This document shows, piece after piece, positions 39,986 through 54,580 of a stretch of 64,000 nucleotides of DNA. The DNA is from Bigelowiella natans CCMP2755 (taxonomy: Eukaryota > Protista > Cercozoa): NCBI GenBank assembly GCA_000320545.1, contig ADNK01002265.1, positions 2,878-66,877 of the forward strand, given 5' to 3'. The notes under the pieces are model-generated. The model searched no databases. It was not told the origin of the DNA and saw only the letters and a program-made list of their open reading frames with translations. Position numbers and translations under genes: made by a program. Numbering within the stretch: the first letter of the stretch is position 1; the number at the start of each line of letters is the position of its first letter.

Positions 39986-40872
39986 TTATCAAGATGATCT
40001 TAATTGTTACTATCCTTATTTTCACCTGTTGATTGTTGGACACCATACATGCGTATCTTGCCTTACAGAATGAATTACATGCTCTAGTTTGTCCAGTGCT
40101 GAGCAGAGCGCAGTAAGTAAGTAAGTAAGTATTGTGTTTTCGATACAATTCACAGATCGTCAAATTCATGTACAGAACAAACACACAACGACAAGCCAAC
40201 TTATCCTATCGATTTAAATGTCGTCGAATACTCAACAGTATCTACCCATATTATTACCCGTAGGTGTCAATATTCCATCAGGATCACAAACAGTGCTCAT
40301 TTCTGGACGTCTGCATTTGACGTAGTCCTAAAGATTGAAACGACGCTGAGTTCGTGGGGGAACACTCGACATATTTTCGGTCACAAAAAGAAAGCAAGAA
40401 GTACCTTGCTTGGATCTGGAAAGGTAAACTGGTCATATCCTTCCGAGTAATAGGGGGAGGCCTTCAGCACCGGAAAAGGCTGGGCTTGGGGCAGCAACGT
40501 AGTGACAACCAGAAATGATCCTAGTGCCCTCATATCTCACTCCCCTTCCTTTTTCAACACTTTTAGCGAGGCCAGTGTGTTTATCGAGTCTTTAATACAT
40601 GCAATTTTATGCACGCAGCTTATATTGGAGTTTGCAGATGCTGACTTACTTGGCCCCCCTCCTTCTCCTGCCCCCCTTTGTTGTTTCCGATGATGCCGAA
40701 TTCTAGAGAATTAATTCAGAGGTTTATTATTTCGCTCACTTCCTTTTTTCTTGTTTTTCTTCGACCGAACAGATTTATTTTCAAAGTCGCCTACATCCAT
40801 AATGATCTATGTGAACACCTTTCGCTTTTGATAAAGAAATGTCGACATAGCTGTCGCATTCCCAAGATGCAT
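33935..40872 (-). CDS. Multi-exon gene for a RING-finger-containing protein (boundaries and unity uncertain)
   Basis: Exons SVKLRCGHRFCVECVAEYLYR (36333-36271) and RFDKCPLCYK (36075-36045) give the C-x-H-x2-C-x2-C...CxxC core of a RING-HC; the first CxxC was not located with certainty. Further minus-strand GT-AG exons run from about 40872 to a TGA at 33935-33937. Confidence 0.55.
36335..36470. repeat. 45-bp tandem repeat x3, probably intronic, next to the RING exon
   Basis: tgttgttccatag(c/t)ataaacaagacatacatgcagcatcatagcg repeated three times. Confidence 0.9.
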
Positions 40873-41122
40873 GCCGAATAGCTTGTACACCAGAGCGTTT
40901 CCATTTCATCGAATTTTCTAGGAGATCTAGCAGGTTAAGTCAAATGATGCACTTCTGCTCAGCAGAAGGATTGACGCACCTGGAAAATTGCTTGCATTTG
41001 GGAAATGTTTTGATCAGAGTTGGTAGTAGCATGACGATAAGAAGAAGGAAGACACTATTCAATCACGCACGTCAAAGACATCCCCTCCCCTCATTCACCC
41101 TCCTTCAATTGCAGCACCAGTA

Positions 41123-42387
41123 ATGGCAGTGTGGGCACATGCAACAACCATAGGGCTTTCGAGTATATCGCTTCTCTTCACAGTTGTGATGATGTTTGGA
41201 ACAAGAGGACAAGTTGGATGGTCTGTAGGAGAGGAAGATCTGAACAACGACGAGGTCTTTGTCCGCTTTGGACTCATTGGATTCGAAACAAACTCGAAGG
41301 GAAACGAAGGAGTCTTCGGAATTTACAATTACGATAGCGAGGGATGCAAGGATATCTTTGCTGGAGGACAAGTTGACAGCGACACTTGCGATGATTGCGC
41401 TGGGGCAGGAGGAGCAGCTTTTACGTAATGATAATAAAAATTTAGCACAGCTTCAAGTTTATAAGAAAATTATTTGATTCCAGCTTCACGTTTTTTGGCA
41501 TGGTCTTCTTAGTGGTGCTTCTCGGTGCTCAATATTTGAGGTATAGCAATAAATATCATGTGTACATTGTGATATTCTGACGGCAACAGTATGATGTAAC
41601 AATCAGATTCTCCGGTTTTAGACATAAGCACATGATCGAGTTTATGTTTCCAGCTCTCAATCTTCTCAATTTTCTTATTGCTTTCTGCTTCTTCTTGGTG
41701 TGGACGATTTGGATTGGCGGCTGCCACCAGTATTTAAGGGTAAATTGTGATAAGATGGAAAAGAAGAGCTAGAAACATGGAAATAACATGGTGTTCCTAC
41801 AAATTCTTGGAATAAAGTAACAAAATGAAACATGGGAATAATATGGTGTTACTAATATAAATTCTTGCAATAAAGTAACAAAATTAACGTGATATAAATG
41901 GTGGTGTTAGTGATAGTAATTCTGCACGCATAATGATACAGTTAGGAATAATGATTGAATGGTACTTACACTGCTATTTCTAACGAATTGTTGTCATTGC
42001 ATTCATCAAGGATGACGAAATATTCAAGGAATTCGATGTTACTCCCGGTGCTGGATGGGCACTTGGATTTATGATATTTATTTTCTCTATTGTCGGGGGA
42101 GTTTTTGAGCTTGTGTTTGCTGAAACGTTGAGCCCTCCTATCAAGACAATGCCACGAGTGGTGAGGAAGGATGTTATCATAAAACCTAAAATTCAAGAAT
42201 TAACTTAAGATTTTAAATTGATTGTGATTTGCTGGTTGACCTTTCTAGTCCATCCCGGATGTGGATACCAAAAAAGATGAGGAGAAAGTGGAGGTGGCGC
42301 ATGATGCTCAGCCAGGCGTTCCAAGTGCACCAAGTGCCCCAGTAGCTGTTGCTGTTGAAGTAGTCTCTGATCAACCAGGACAAAATG

Positions 42388-42421
<34 letters not shown>

Positions 42422-42440
42422 TACTTCTTCTCCTGACTAG
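41123..42440 (+). CDS. Claudin/PMP22/amastin-like tetraspan membrane protein (5 exons)
   Basis: TM1 IGLSSISLLFTVVMMF; loop W...RFGL...C...C..C; TM2 AAFTFTFFGMVFLVVLLG; TM3 LLNFLIAFCFFLVWTIWIGGC; TM4 PGAGWALGFMIFIFSIVGGVF; acidic/Asn tail ending at TAG 42438-42440. All splice phases are consistent. Confidence 0.8.
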
Positions 42441-42589
42441 CTCTGAACTGGAGCAACCTTCTGAGGTGAGAGACAGTTTTCTCCCACAAGATGACGAGTC
42501 ACATGATCGACACCTGTTTGTTCAACATTGCTATCCTCAATATCATGCTAGCATGATTTTTCTAATGTTCGATTTTCCTGGAAAAGTCC

Positions 42590-43020
42590 ACCTTCTAGAC
42601 CTTGCTAGCTTGAGATCAAGTCTAGAAGTGGCGTCAAAGTATATATGTGTCGCAGTCTAGCAGTGTGCATTCCATGCCCGGTCTTTCTAGCCTTGCTGGC
42701 CGCAGTTGATCCAGCATTGCATGCACATGTCGAATGCTGCAGGTGCGCACTGAGTCAGCTTAATGATTTTTGGCTAGCTTGATGTAATTGTCTAGTTGTG
42801 CAAGTGAGAACATGGCTTATTCAGCTGGTCAGCTCTGGAGCTAGTCAGCATCCATTGTGCAAAATGATTTGCATCATTTCATCTTCAAAGAGAAGTGTCA
42901 TGCAAAAGCTGAAAAGACGACTCAAACAATGACTGCAGCAATTGAAGTTCACACATCAGTCATCAGGTCACGATGAATTTCAGTGCTAGAATCCAATGAG
43001 TGGCGCACAATCCTTCATTT
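42590..43020. other. TpA-depleted convergent intergenic tract
   Basis: Multiple CTAG; no TpA outside CTAG in 42821-43018. Confidence 0.7.
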
Positions 43021-43084
43021 ACAACCATTTACAGTTGTCTGCACATTCAAAACAGAGCGTACGTGCTCATGAAAAACCCTGATC

Positions 43085-44146
43085 TCACAATGATTGCTCT
43101 TTGTCTGTGGTATCCGTCACAGCTTCTAGTTTTTCCTTGATCTTTGAGGGGATGTCCTTGCACTGCACTGCCTTCTTGAATTGCTTCATTGCGAGAAAGT
43201 TGTTTTTTTGTTTCAATTCAAATATTTGCCCCTAATAATTTAGTGAACGGAGTATGCTCTGTGTGAGAATTTAATGAACCTGGGAGCCAGCAGTGACTAT
43301 TAACCTTTCTCCAATGCGCTCTCCAATAATTGGGATTAAATTTCAAACTCTCTTCAATTTCCTATCAGAGATAATGATCCCCCCGAAATGCACACTCAAA
43401 TTGGTTGTCCTCATGAATCATTGAAACGATCAACAAAGATCAGAATTACTCTCAGGGCTTCATCTGGTTTATGGAGCCTCAAGAAGCAAGTACCTCTACC
43501 ACAAAAATTGTTCAGTTTCTGGCAACATATGAGAGTAATAATTCTTACAAGTTGCAATGGAGAATTGAAAGGAGCTCTAAGGGCAGAGCTAAAGGAGGAC
43601 GAAATTTTTCATTAGCCAATTCGATTCCCATCAAGTATTTTTCAGCTGCAGTTTCACAGTTCCCCTCTCGAAACAGACTGTTTCCCCAGTTCTTAATATC
43701 TTCAGGGGTCAGATTTAGTTTTTTTATGGTCCCCTACAAGTAAATTGGAAAAATTACGAAGACTTATTTAAACTCATATTGTTCTTAAGTCATACGTTTT
43801 CAACATTCTGTGGAATTTCAATGTCGTAATCGAACGGATTTCTCTTGCCTTGCAGAACCTATATGTAAACAATTTTAGATTAGGAAAGTCATTATTTTGC
43901 GAGAAAACTACATGATAATCATATTAAGAAGGCTCCTATGCTTTGTTGGGGTTCATACCATCCTCTTTTCATTTGAGCATAGATTCTCTAACCCCATGCA
44001 GGTAAGTAGATCCTCTGTCGATTTCAGTTCCTTTTAATATGAATGATTGATATGGGCATAACTGAACTCAATAAGAAGCTCACTCCAATCTCGAAGGCCT
44101 TCATCGTAGAAGTATCGGAGCCGAGTATTGGCTGTGCTGTTTCCAT
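43085..44146 (-). CDS. Small TPR-repeat protein (7 exons; not visible in the ORF track)
   Basis: Spliced: METAQPILG...EDIKNWGNSLFREGNCETAAEKYLMGIEL...ILHCNLGTCFLRLHKPDEALREIEESLKFNPNYWRAHWRKGQIFELKQKNNFLAMKQFKKAV...*. Three TPRs of the Hsp70/Hsp90 co-chaperone type (K..GN..F, N, R). Confidence 0.85.
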
Positions 44147-44622
44147 GCAGCTGTGTGTTGGTTTCCACAAGCCACTAAATGAATGACTATGGACACCACA
44201 AATAGACTTTTATCAGTTGTCTTAGGATCTAAATACCCTCAAATTGACAACTTCGAAAAAATAGAAATAAAAAGCTAATGCCGTGCTACCATCCACTGCG
44301 ACATTTATATATAAGACCGATAGACATCATAGAGGAAGATGCATAGCAGCGCAAGAACAAACGAACAAACTCATCGCAATTAGATCTAGAGGTCTCAACA
44401 ATATCTTCAACTCGATTCAATTTATCTCCTCAGAACATACACGTACAAATTGGCATTGTCGCATTTTAAAATTGTACTGAGTTGTTAAATAAATGCCGCC
44501 TCAGATTTGTGAGGCGAAAAAATAATAAGTGTTGGAATGTGCAAAGGAGTAAAATATAAAAGTGGAAGAGAGAGACAACTGTGACACGCTAACCCCTTTC
44601 TAGCTTTGGTGCACCTTGAAGG

Positions 44623-46866
<2,244 letters not shown>

Positions 46867-46949
46867 GATTGTGAGATTTGTAAATTTTGAGCAAAACAAA
46901 GTAGCTGCTAACCGTAGGCTCTATCTATCTGCGTTCATGAAATGCGTTG

Positions 46950-48150
46950 ATCAAACATGTTTCTACTCAAAGCAAACATAGCGCAAGTCTAGAATTAAGG
47001 GCATTTTTTATTACGCCTTGATTACTAGATTAGCCGTGCTAGCTATCTAGGCGTTTAGCGTGTGGCTGACGTCTGGCTGTGCCATGACACGCACTGACAT
47101 CTAGACATGCTAGCATGTTGCAAGACGCCTTGAGAGGACTAGAAGACAAGGATAGTCCACGAAGTTTGTTGTCATGTAGCGCTAGCTAGCAAGCAGCGGA
47201 GGCAAACAAACAACTCTAGCTAGCTAGCTAGCTAGAACAAGCTAGCTAGCTAGAACAAGCTAGCAAGTGATGCCCCGCTAGCCCGCTCTAGCTAGCTTGC
47301 CAAACAAATTGCTAGCTGAACAAGCATCCGCCTCTACATCTAGTGATGCGCAGCATTTCACTCAATGTCGATTAGCCATGTTCAAACTAACAAGCTCCAG
47401 AGCTAGCTAGCTAGCTAGCAAGTCGCACAGATGTCTAGACGTGACGGACTAGCTAGCTAGCGGACACAACTAGCTAGCTAGACAATCTAGCAATCTAGCA
47501 ATGTGCAGTGTAGAAGTGATCAAATGTTTTCAACAGTCATTCCAACGTGGCTGTGCAATGCAGCGGCCACAGCGCACACGCTAGCACGTTGTGTCTCGAC
47601 AACCCCAGATCCTTTGCAGTTTGATGATCTGCAAGTTTCTGGCAGCAAGTTCAAAGCTCTAGCTAGCTAGAGCTCTAGCCAAACTAGCAAAGCTACAAAA
47701 TTTTGCAGGCTAGCTAGCTAGCAGCTAGCCGTCAGCGCTAGAACGCAGAGCAGCAGGGCTAGCAGGAGAACTAGCTAGAGATCTTGGAGACCGTCTAGCC
47801 GTGCAAACGTGCAATAACTAACTCTAGAACTAGTCTAGCTGCATGCTAGCATGCCACACAATTGTTGAAATAGTTTATGTTTGTTCAGCATCCTGGCATT
47901 GCTAAGCATGCTAGCATGCATGCAACATGAATTGGAATGACAGCATGTGCATGCTAGCTAGCTAGCATGTCTGTCTGTCATGTGATTTGTAGTTTGTCTA
48001 GTTGTGTGATGATCAACTCGTGCTAGCTAGCTAGCGTGTGTGTGTACGAAAAAACACGTACTGTCATGAACAGCCACACGCAACAAAACACGAATGCAGC
48101 ACACCAATGTTCCTAGCAGCATTTTGTTTTACCATGAGACATGACAGGCA
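46950..48150. other. TpA-depleted, CTAG/(GCTA)n-rich convergent intergenic tract
   Basis: Hand count over 47041-47810: about 48 CTAG, 9 CTAx/xTAG half-sites, and no other TpA. CpG is abundant. Confidence 0.9.
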
Positions 48151-48216
48151 TCTAGATGTTCTGCTACAAATCCATTATGAATAAACACGCACAAGCGGAA
48201 TGTGGCGTGAAAGTAG

Positions 48217-51200
48217 TCACCAGCCATATTTCATCGCAGTTTCCTTTTTCGTTCTGTGCGACATTTATAGAAAGACGTCATTTAATGCGAAGTTGGAAGA
48301 CATAACTAACAGCGACATCTAATTTCCTTCCTACTCATCACAACCCCGAATCTCCACCATAACCCACGCACGTCCAAATAGAATGTTTACCTCATATGCT
48401 TTGCTCTGCGCATCGCAAGATCAAATTCGTTCATAGCAGCTTGATGAGCCAAACTAAAGTTCAATACGGAACAAATGAAATGACTCTTCAGCTTGGGAGA
48501 AATCGGTTACATATTTGCAAATCATTTTGCAAATCATGCTATATAGGGTTGTTCAATTCGGCAAGGAGGATTCAGGCTGAAAGCATAAGGTATCGCGACG
48601 GCAAAATAATGACGCGCAATACCTGTTGATCTGATGTTTTCTTTTGTGAAGCTTCGAAACCTTCTGCTGTACGACATCTCCAATCTTTTGAAAGAGAAAA
48701 CGAATGATAACAACAAACGTAACCATTAAAAACAAGCAGTGTTCTGAGCACGTCGCGTGTAGATTCGAAAGCAAATTCATAGCTTGGGTGAAATTTTCAA
48801 GATATTAGTGAAATATTCCGACGGTTACCTTCGCGTTATAAAAGAAAGCTGTTTGCTCTTCAATGCTCGCTTGCTATGCGGTTTGGAAAAGACAAAAGCA
48901 TATAATGGAGAAGACGTCATCGTTAATGATAATGGTGCTCACAATCCATTAAAAAATGATTATCGACAATCAGAGAAATACATAGCAAGAGGCAATGCAT
49001 ATTCGTTATCATTACCATAATCGTCATGAATATGACAACGAACCAACATAAAACAAATGAATCATAATGAGCAAAACACACACATTAACATTCACAAATG
49101 CATACTCATACCGCGATTCCCTTGTTCTGAAATTCTTCAAAAGCCTTCTCTGCCCTGGTCTATTAATAAGCAAGTCGCAATGAGCAATAAGTGGTTGATC
49201 CTAGCAGCTAATAATCATTCGTGTTGAAAGTGATGAGGTTTAATAGGCTGCATATGCAGCAGCACCACTATCATCATTATCACCAGTAACAACACAACGA
49301 CACAAAGAACACCAATCATCTACCTTGACTCTCAGCTTATCTGCTGATACATCAACAAACTTCACGCCTGATAAAGAATAAACGGATGATGATGATGATG
49401 GTGACGATGACGATGATGATGAAACCAATACTACTTACGACCCCCCCCCAATGAAATGGCATTAATATTGGCATCTATAACGCGCCTTTGTTAATTAGGA
49501 CGGAAGAAACTATGGCTCTGTTTACTTTTCCCCTCCCAATAGTTGATCCGTTTCTATGATGATGTTGACAACCTCCCAATAGTTGATCCGTTTCTATGAT
49601 GTGATGTTGACAACCTTTCTTGAGTTCTGCAGCCATGATGGGGTCAAAACACTGAGAGGTATCGAACTTGCTGTCGGATTAGTAAAAAACAAAACAACTC
49701 TTAGATTAAATGCATTGGTAACGAAATACAAATCGCTGTAAGGAGAACAAATGAAGATACATTCACAACAAATGGATTCAATAGGCGGAGTCCCAACATC
49801 AAACCGAAATGCTTTTAGTGCTGGTTGGCCAAGCCTCTCCTACCATAATCCCCTCGCCTCTCCCTCCTCCAAAACCTCTTTTCCATCTCTTATCAAAATT
49901 GGAATTTTGATGAAGATGTTCCTACCTTGGTTTAGGAGGACGGGGTCCATACGATGAAGAGGTTGCTCCTCCCCCACCTCCCATGTTGTTGTTATTCTTG
50001 TTGGTATATCCCCAAGGATTTGCAGATCGCTGCTGTGACGACGGTGCTGATGATACATCGTTGTAGCCCCAAGGAGACGACGCAGCAGGGGAAGATTGCG
50101 GGCCATAACTGCCACCTGAGGATGAGCAAACGTTGCTTTTGTTGTTGTTCTTGTTGTTATTGAAGGCATAAGAATGATGTTGGTAGTGTTGTTTTTGTTG
50201 TTGATAACGATAATGATATGAGCTTGGGCTTCCTCTCATATCTTCAAGATCCGTGGATTATAGATAAGAGATAGGCAATATATTTACTGGGTATGTAGCA
50301 GCTAGCTTCTTGGGGCGTGTAATACGAACAAATCACAGTTTCCCTTCTTGAATCATGGAGGTTTTCGTTATCGGCATCATCCCCCTCCCCCACCACGACC
50401 AATCATCCATACTACTGCTGTGTATTCTACACGCACATCACATATCATTCTAATACCTTGATAATGATGATATTGGCTGTTGCTTGAAGCATAGTTGTAA
50501 GGCTGGTGCTGTTGCAGGTGAGGGTTGTAGGCATGCTGTAGATGGGAGGAGGAGGAGGAATTCGTGGAAGAAGCTGCTGCTGGGTAGTTCTGGCCAAGGT
50601 AGCTGCGGGCATGCTGTGAATAGCCTGAAGGAAAACCAAAACAAAACAATAATGACCGTTCATGATAAATGTAAAGAAAGGATGGGTGAAGCCATAATGC
50701 TACTTCCGAGTGATGCCGATGATGAAGGCGGTGTGGTGCTAGTGATGCTAGTATGTACATTCACATAAATATATTCATAAAGATACATTGGCCTGATACC
50801 TGTTGTCTGCTGACGGTACTGAAGGGAGTGATCATGATGACTATTCGGTGAAGGTGATGGGCCTGGTGCTGCCGCAGTAGTAGTAGACGGAAAGTAACGT
50901 GAGGGATTTGGTAGCTGCTTCGATGGTTGTTGATGAGCCTGAACGGAGGCTGCAGACGAAGAAGGGAAAGCACAATTTTGGTGTGGTGGAGCGATGGAGG
51001 AAGATACGCCTTTCTTCGTTGCTCTTGATGATGATGATGATGATAAGCCGGGTGGGGGTGCTAAGCCTCCACTGCTGCTGCCCTTAGATACACCACCACC
51101 ACCACCAGCAGCTGCGGCAACAACCTGTGAAGGTACCATCCCACCTCTCTTCTCGCGGATAGTGCCCCCACCTAATATGGCCGAGCGAGCCTGGAAGGAA

Positions 51201-52129
51201 AAAGTCGGCACTGCATTAGCTTTGCAACGAAGCAATATAATTAACGCTATCTGGCCTGACGATGCAACGCAATCTATGAAATCCATGCTTAGTTGTTTTT
51301 TTTGAATATTTGTAAGGGAACAACGCCCTATATCGCTCTAGCACCTCCGCAGCTTCTGTAAGCTTGTTCTTTGGCTGGGGGAGCATGGAGAAAATCCCTT
51401 CGATAATCCAGCCATAAGTAACACAGAAGAATGCGACAGAAACGTTAGGGAATTTAGTAGTCGATTAAGGAATTGTTAGAACACAAAGGCACTAATGAAT
51501 CACAAATCAAAAACATAATCATGAGTTACAAACCTTCGTCTTCTTCCTCGGGTTGCGGTTCTTCTGTTTTTTCGGTCTCTTTATCCTTTTCTGTATATAG
51601 GCAGGAGGACATTACCCGACGGACAACAAACACCACAGATAATAATGATGCTGGTGGACGAAAGGTCACTTTATCCGTTTTAATTGTAGCATATGGTACG
51701 ATATGCATACCCTCCTTTTTCTCGACTGCCACCCACTCAGACTGCTTTTTCTTTTTCTTCTTCTTTTTTTTCTTCTTCTTCTTTGAGCTTTTTGGTTTGG
51801 GAAGTTCCTTGAAAGACTTCGGTCTTTTGGGTTCAAGATCTGACAGTTATCATTGAAATAGTATTGATGAATCACTTAATAAGATACAGTAAAATACTAA
51901 TTGCTACCTTCGTCGTCCTCCTCTTCTCCAAACGGGTCATCAAGAGGATCCTTCATGCTCACACCTGTCCGCATCGAGGGATGATCAATGCCACCGGGAG
52001 AGATAAAACCATGAATAAATCATGCTTACCGGCTGCAATAGCTGCACCTGGAAGCACAATTCCTTTCCCAGTTTGCTGGTCCTCTTTGTCCTCATCGTCC
52101 GAGGAGCCATACCCCGCGAGAGCTTCCAT
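48217..52129 (-). CDS. PRCC: PRCC-family proline-rich spliceosome-associated / mitotic checkpoint protein
   Basis: N-terminus MEALAGYGSSDDED, internal GIFSMLPQPKN, and spliced C-terminus KLHKRKHQINSLAHQAAMNEFDLAMRRAKHMRTKKETAMKYGW*. These match PRCC signature motifs (KRKHQI..LA, T..KYG(W/F)). Confidence 0.85.
49532..49615. repeat. ~40-bp tandem duplication in a PRCC intron
   Basis: cctcccaatagttgatccgtttctatgat(gt)gatgttgacaa x2. Confidence 0.85.
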
Positions 52130-52729
52130 TACAATGCGTCGCTCGATTCGAAAATGTGTTGCCACGTTGTTGCGGTAAATTATAGTAAGTAATGGGATTA
52201 TAATATTACTAATCGATTATAAAATTACAACATATACAACAGTACCCTTTGATAACAACAACAAAAACAGAAATCTAGAAAAAAAAATCAGTGTAGCTTG
52301 TAGGATATATTCTGTATAAAAAAACTATCCAAATGAATAAACTATTGCAAAAGCAGAAAATATGAAATGTTTCTAAAACCTTTGTCGTAGAACTAAATTT
52401 GCCTATTGTTATCGGTGTACATTCATGTAGATTTTTTTTGAAACAATCTTGAATAATATACCCCTGAACTTAGTGCTTCGGAAATTGCTTCCGGCTGCGT
52501 TCTGAGCTTGTTCAACACGCAGCTTGGTAGACCCAATCGTACGTGCTCGTTCCTATTACAAAGCGTTTGCTGGGATCGCTGTAGTCCAATTAGAAGTAAA
52601 AGAATAAAAGAGTGATCGATTTGGAGTTGTGCACGCTCTTGTCGTACGGATACGGATAGAAAGCAAATAAGATAATTGTCGAATCATAACTGTAACAGGA
52701 ATCTGCTGGATCTAAACTAATAACTTCTG

Positions 52730-54524
52730 ATGACGAGTGTGAACTCAGAAAGTAGTAACAAAATGTCTTCGAGGGGAGCAGTAGTAATGGAAGGTATGCT
52801 TCAAAAGCGAGGAGCGTACAACAAGGACTACAAATCTCGGCACTTTCGTCTTTATGGGCGGTCATTGGCCTACTTCAAGACAGAAAAAACTACGAAGGCT
52901 CTAGGGGACATCCCCTTGGAAGGGACTTATCTTCTAAACGATTCGAAATCTGCAGGGTAACACTACATCGCCCACTATCTATGGAGAGAAGACGGTTTCA
53001 TTTAATAGTTATTATACTTAGTTTCAAGATACTGACAACAGCAAGGACATACTACATAAAAGCTCTCGATCAGAATCTTGCACAGGTACTTAAATCTTCT
53101 AGAATACAGTCGCATATAAGATGAAATTATTAGAAATGGATCGTGGCTCTCGCAAACTCTACTGGTGTCTCAGTGGACGATGAAATAAATGCAGTTAAGC
53201 ATGCACTTGCCATATTCATATTCATTTTACAATCTGAAATCAAATTACGTTAAGTTTCGGACTGGCGAGGCTAAATCTTTGGAAGATGCACATCTAAAAT
53301 GTGACGCACAGAGAGCCAAATTTTTGCTCAAGTATGGGCAAACAGACACGAAAGCCGGGGTACAGCAATATGAGTTGTGACGTTGTGACAACTTATGCTA
53401 ATTTTATTACATCGAAATAAAGGAATCCCCAGCAACAAAAATACTTCTATCTGGTTTTCTACTAAAGCGAGGAGCTTTCAACAAATCGTATAACAAGCGA
53501 TTCTTTCAGCTCACGGAAAAAAGTTTTACATACTTTAAGACCGAAAAGGCCAAGAAATCTAAAGGAAAAATAGATATCGAGGGCGCAACTCTTGTCACAG
53601 AAAAAATTGTGAATGAAGGAAATTTAGGGTATGCAACCATGTAAATTTCAGTATAAGTGAAAGTATGGCAACTACTACGATCTCATTTAATTTTTTTTGT
53701 GATAAACAAAAGGTTCAAAATTATTTCACCTTCTGAGGCTCGGACCTATTATTTAAAGGCAGAAAGTGAAAAGGATTATCGGGTAGGAATGCTAGTGCTA
53801 GTGTTAAATACGAACATTTGATTTTTAACTAAAATTGTCCTACTATTATGGAGGTATGGATTAAGGCAATGATATTGTGCCCCGATTTAACTCTGGATAG
53901 AAGTTCCGCGCTTATTCGTTACACCGAGGTAAGTACTTGTATTTGTAGTTCATTCATAGTTGGATCAAACTAAGTCTTATCAGGATGGAGGAAGAAGTGA
54001 AGCTCAAGTCAGAGACCCTGCTGTTGCTGGGGGTTTGATTTCGCATTCAGTTGGAAGTGCAACTCCGCAAATTAATTCTTTTCCAGAAAATGTTGTAGAC
54101 AATCCTGTATCGCCTAGAAACCTAACTGCAACGGGAAATGATAAAGAAGAGGTCGAATCTTCGGAAGGAAACAAGAACACAAAGGAAGTTAATGGTACAG
54201 GAGAAGATGCTGACGATGGTAACGACGCGGAAGATGAAGGCTACGTTGTTGAAGTTAAGGGACATCCCTTCGGAATTCGGGTTCAGGATATGGATATAAT
54301 CCGGGTTATAACATTTTCGAGTTTGTATAACTTGAATTCAGAAAATAATAAACATTACTTGGCAGGTACAAGGTCTTGCTAAAAAGGCTGGAATAAAGGT
54401 TGGAGATAGAATTGCTGTGATAGCAGGCCAATTGGTAGAAAACGTAGATCAGCTCACCGAACTTTTCACCCAATCGGAGGTTCCTTTTAAAATGAGACTT
54501 TGGCGTCCAAAGGTATATGGAGAT

Positions 54525-54580
<56 letters not shown>

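Noticed and set aside
46950-48150. CpG-methylation decay or fungal RIP as the cause of the CA/TG excess
   Set aside because: CpG is abundant in the tract, and RIP would increase TpA rather than remove it.
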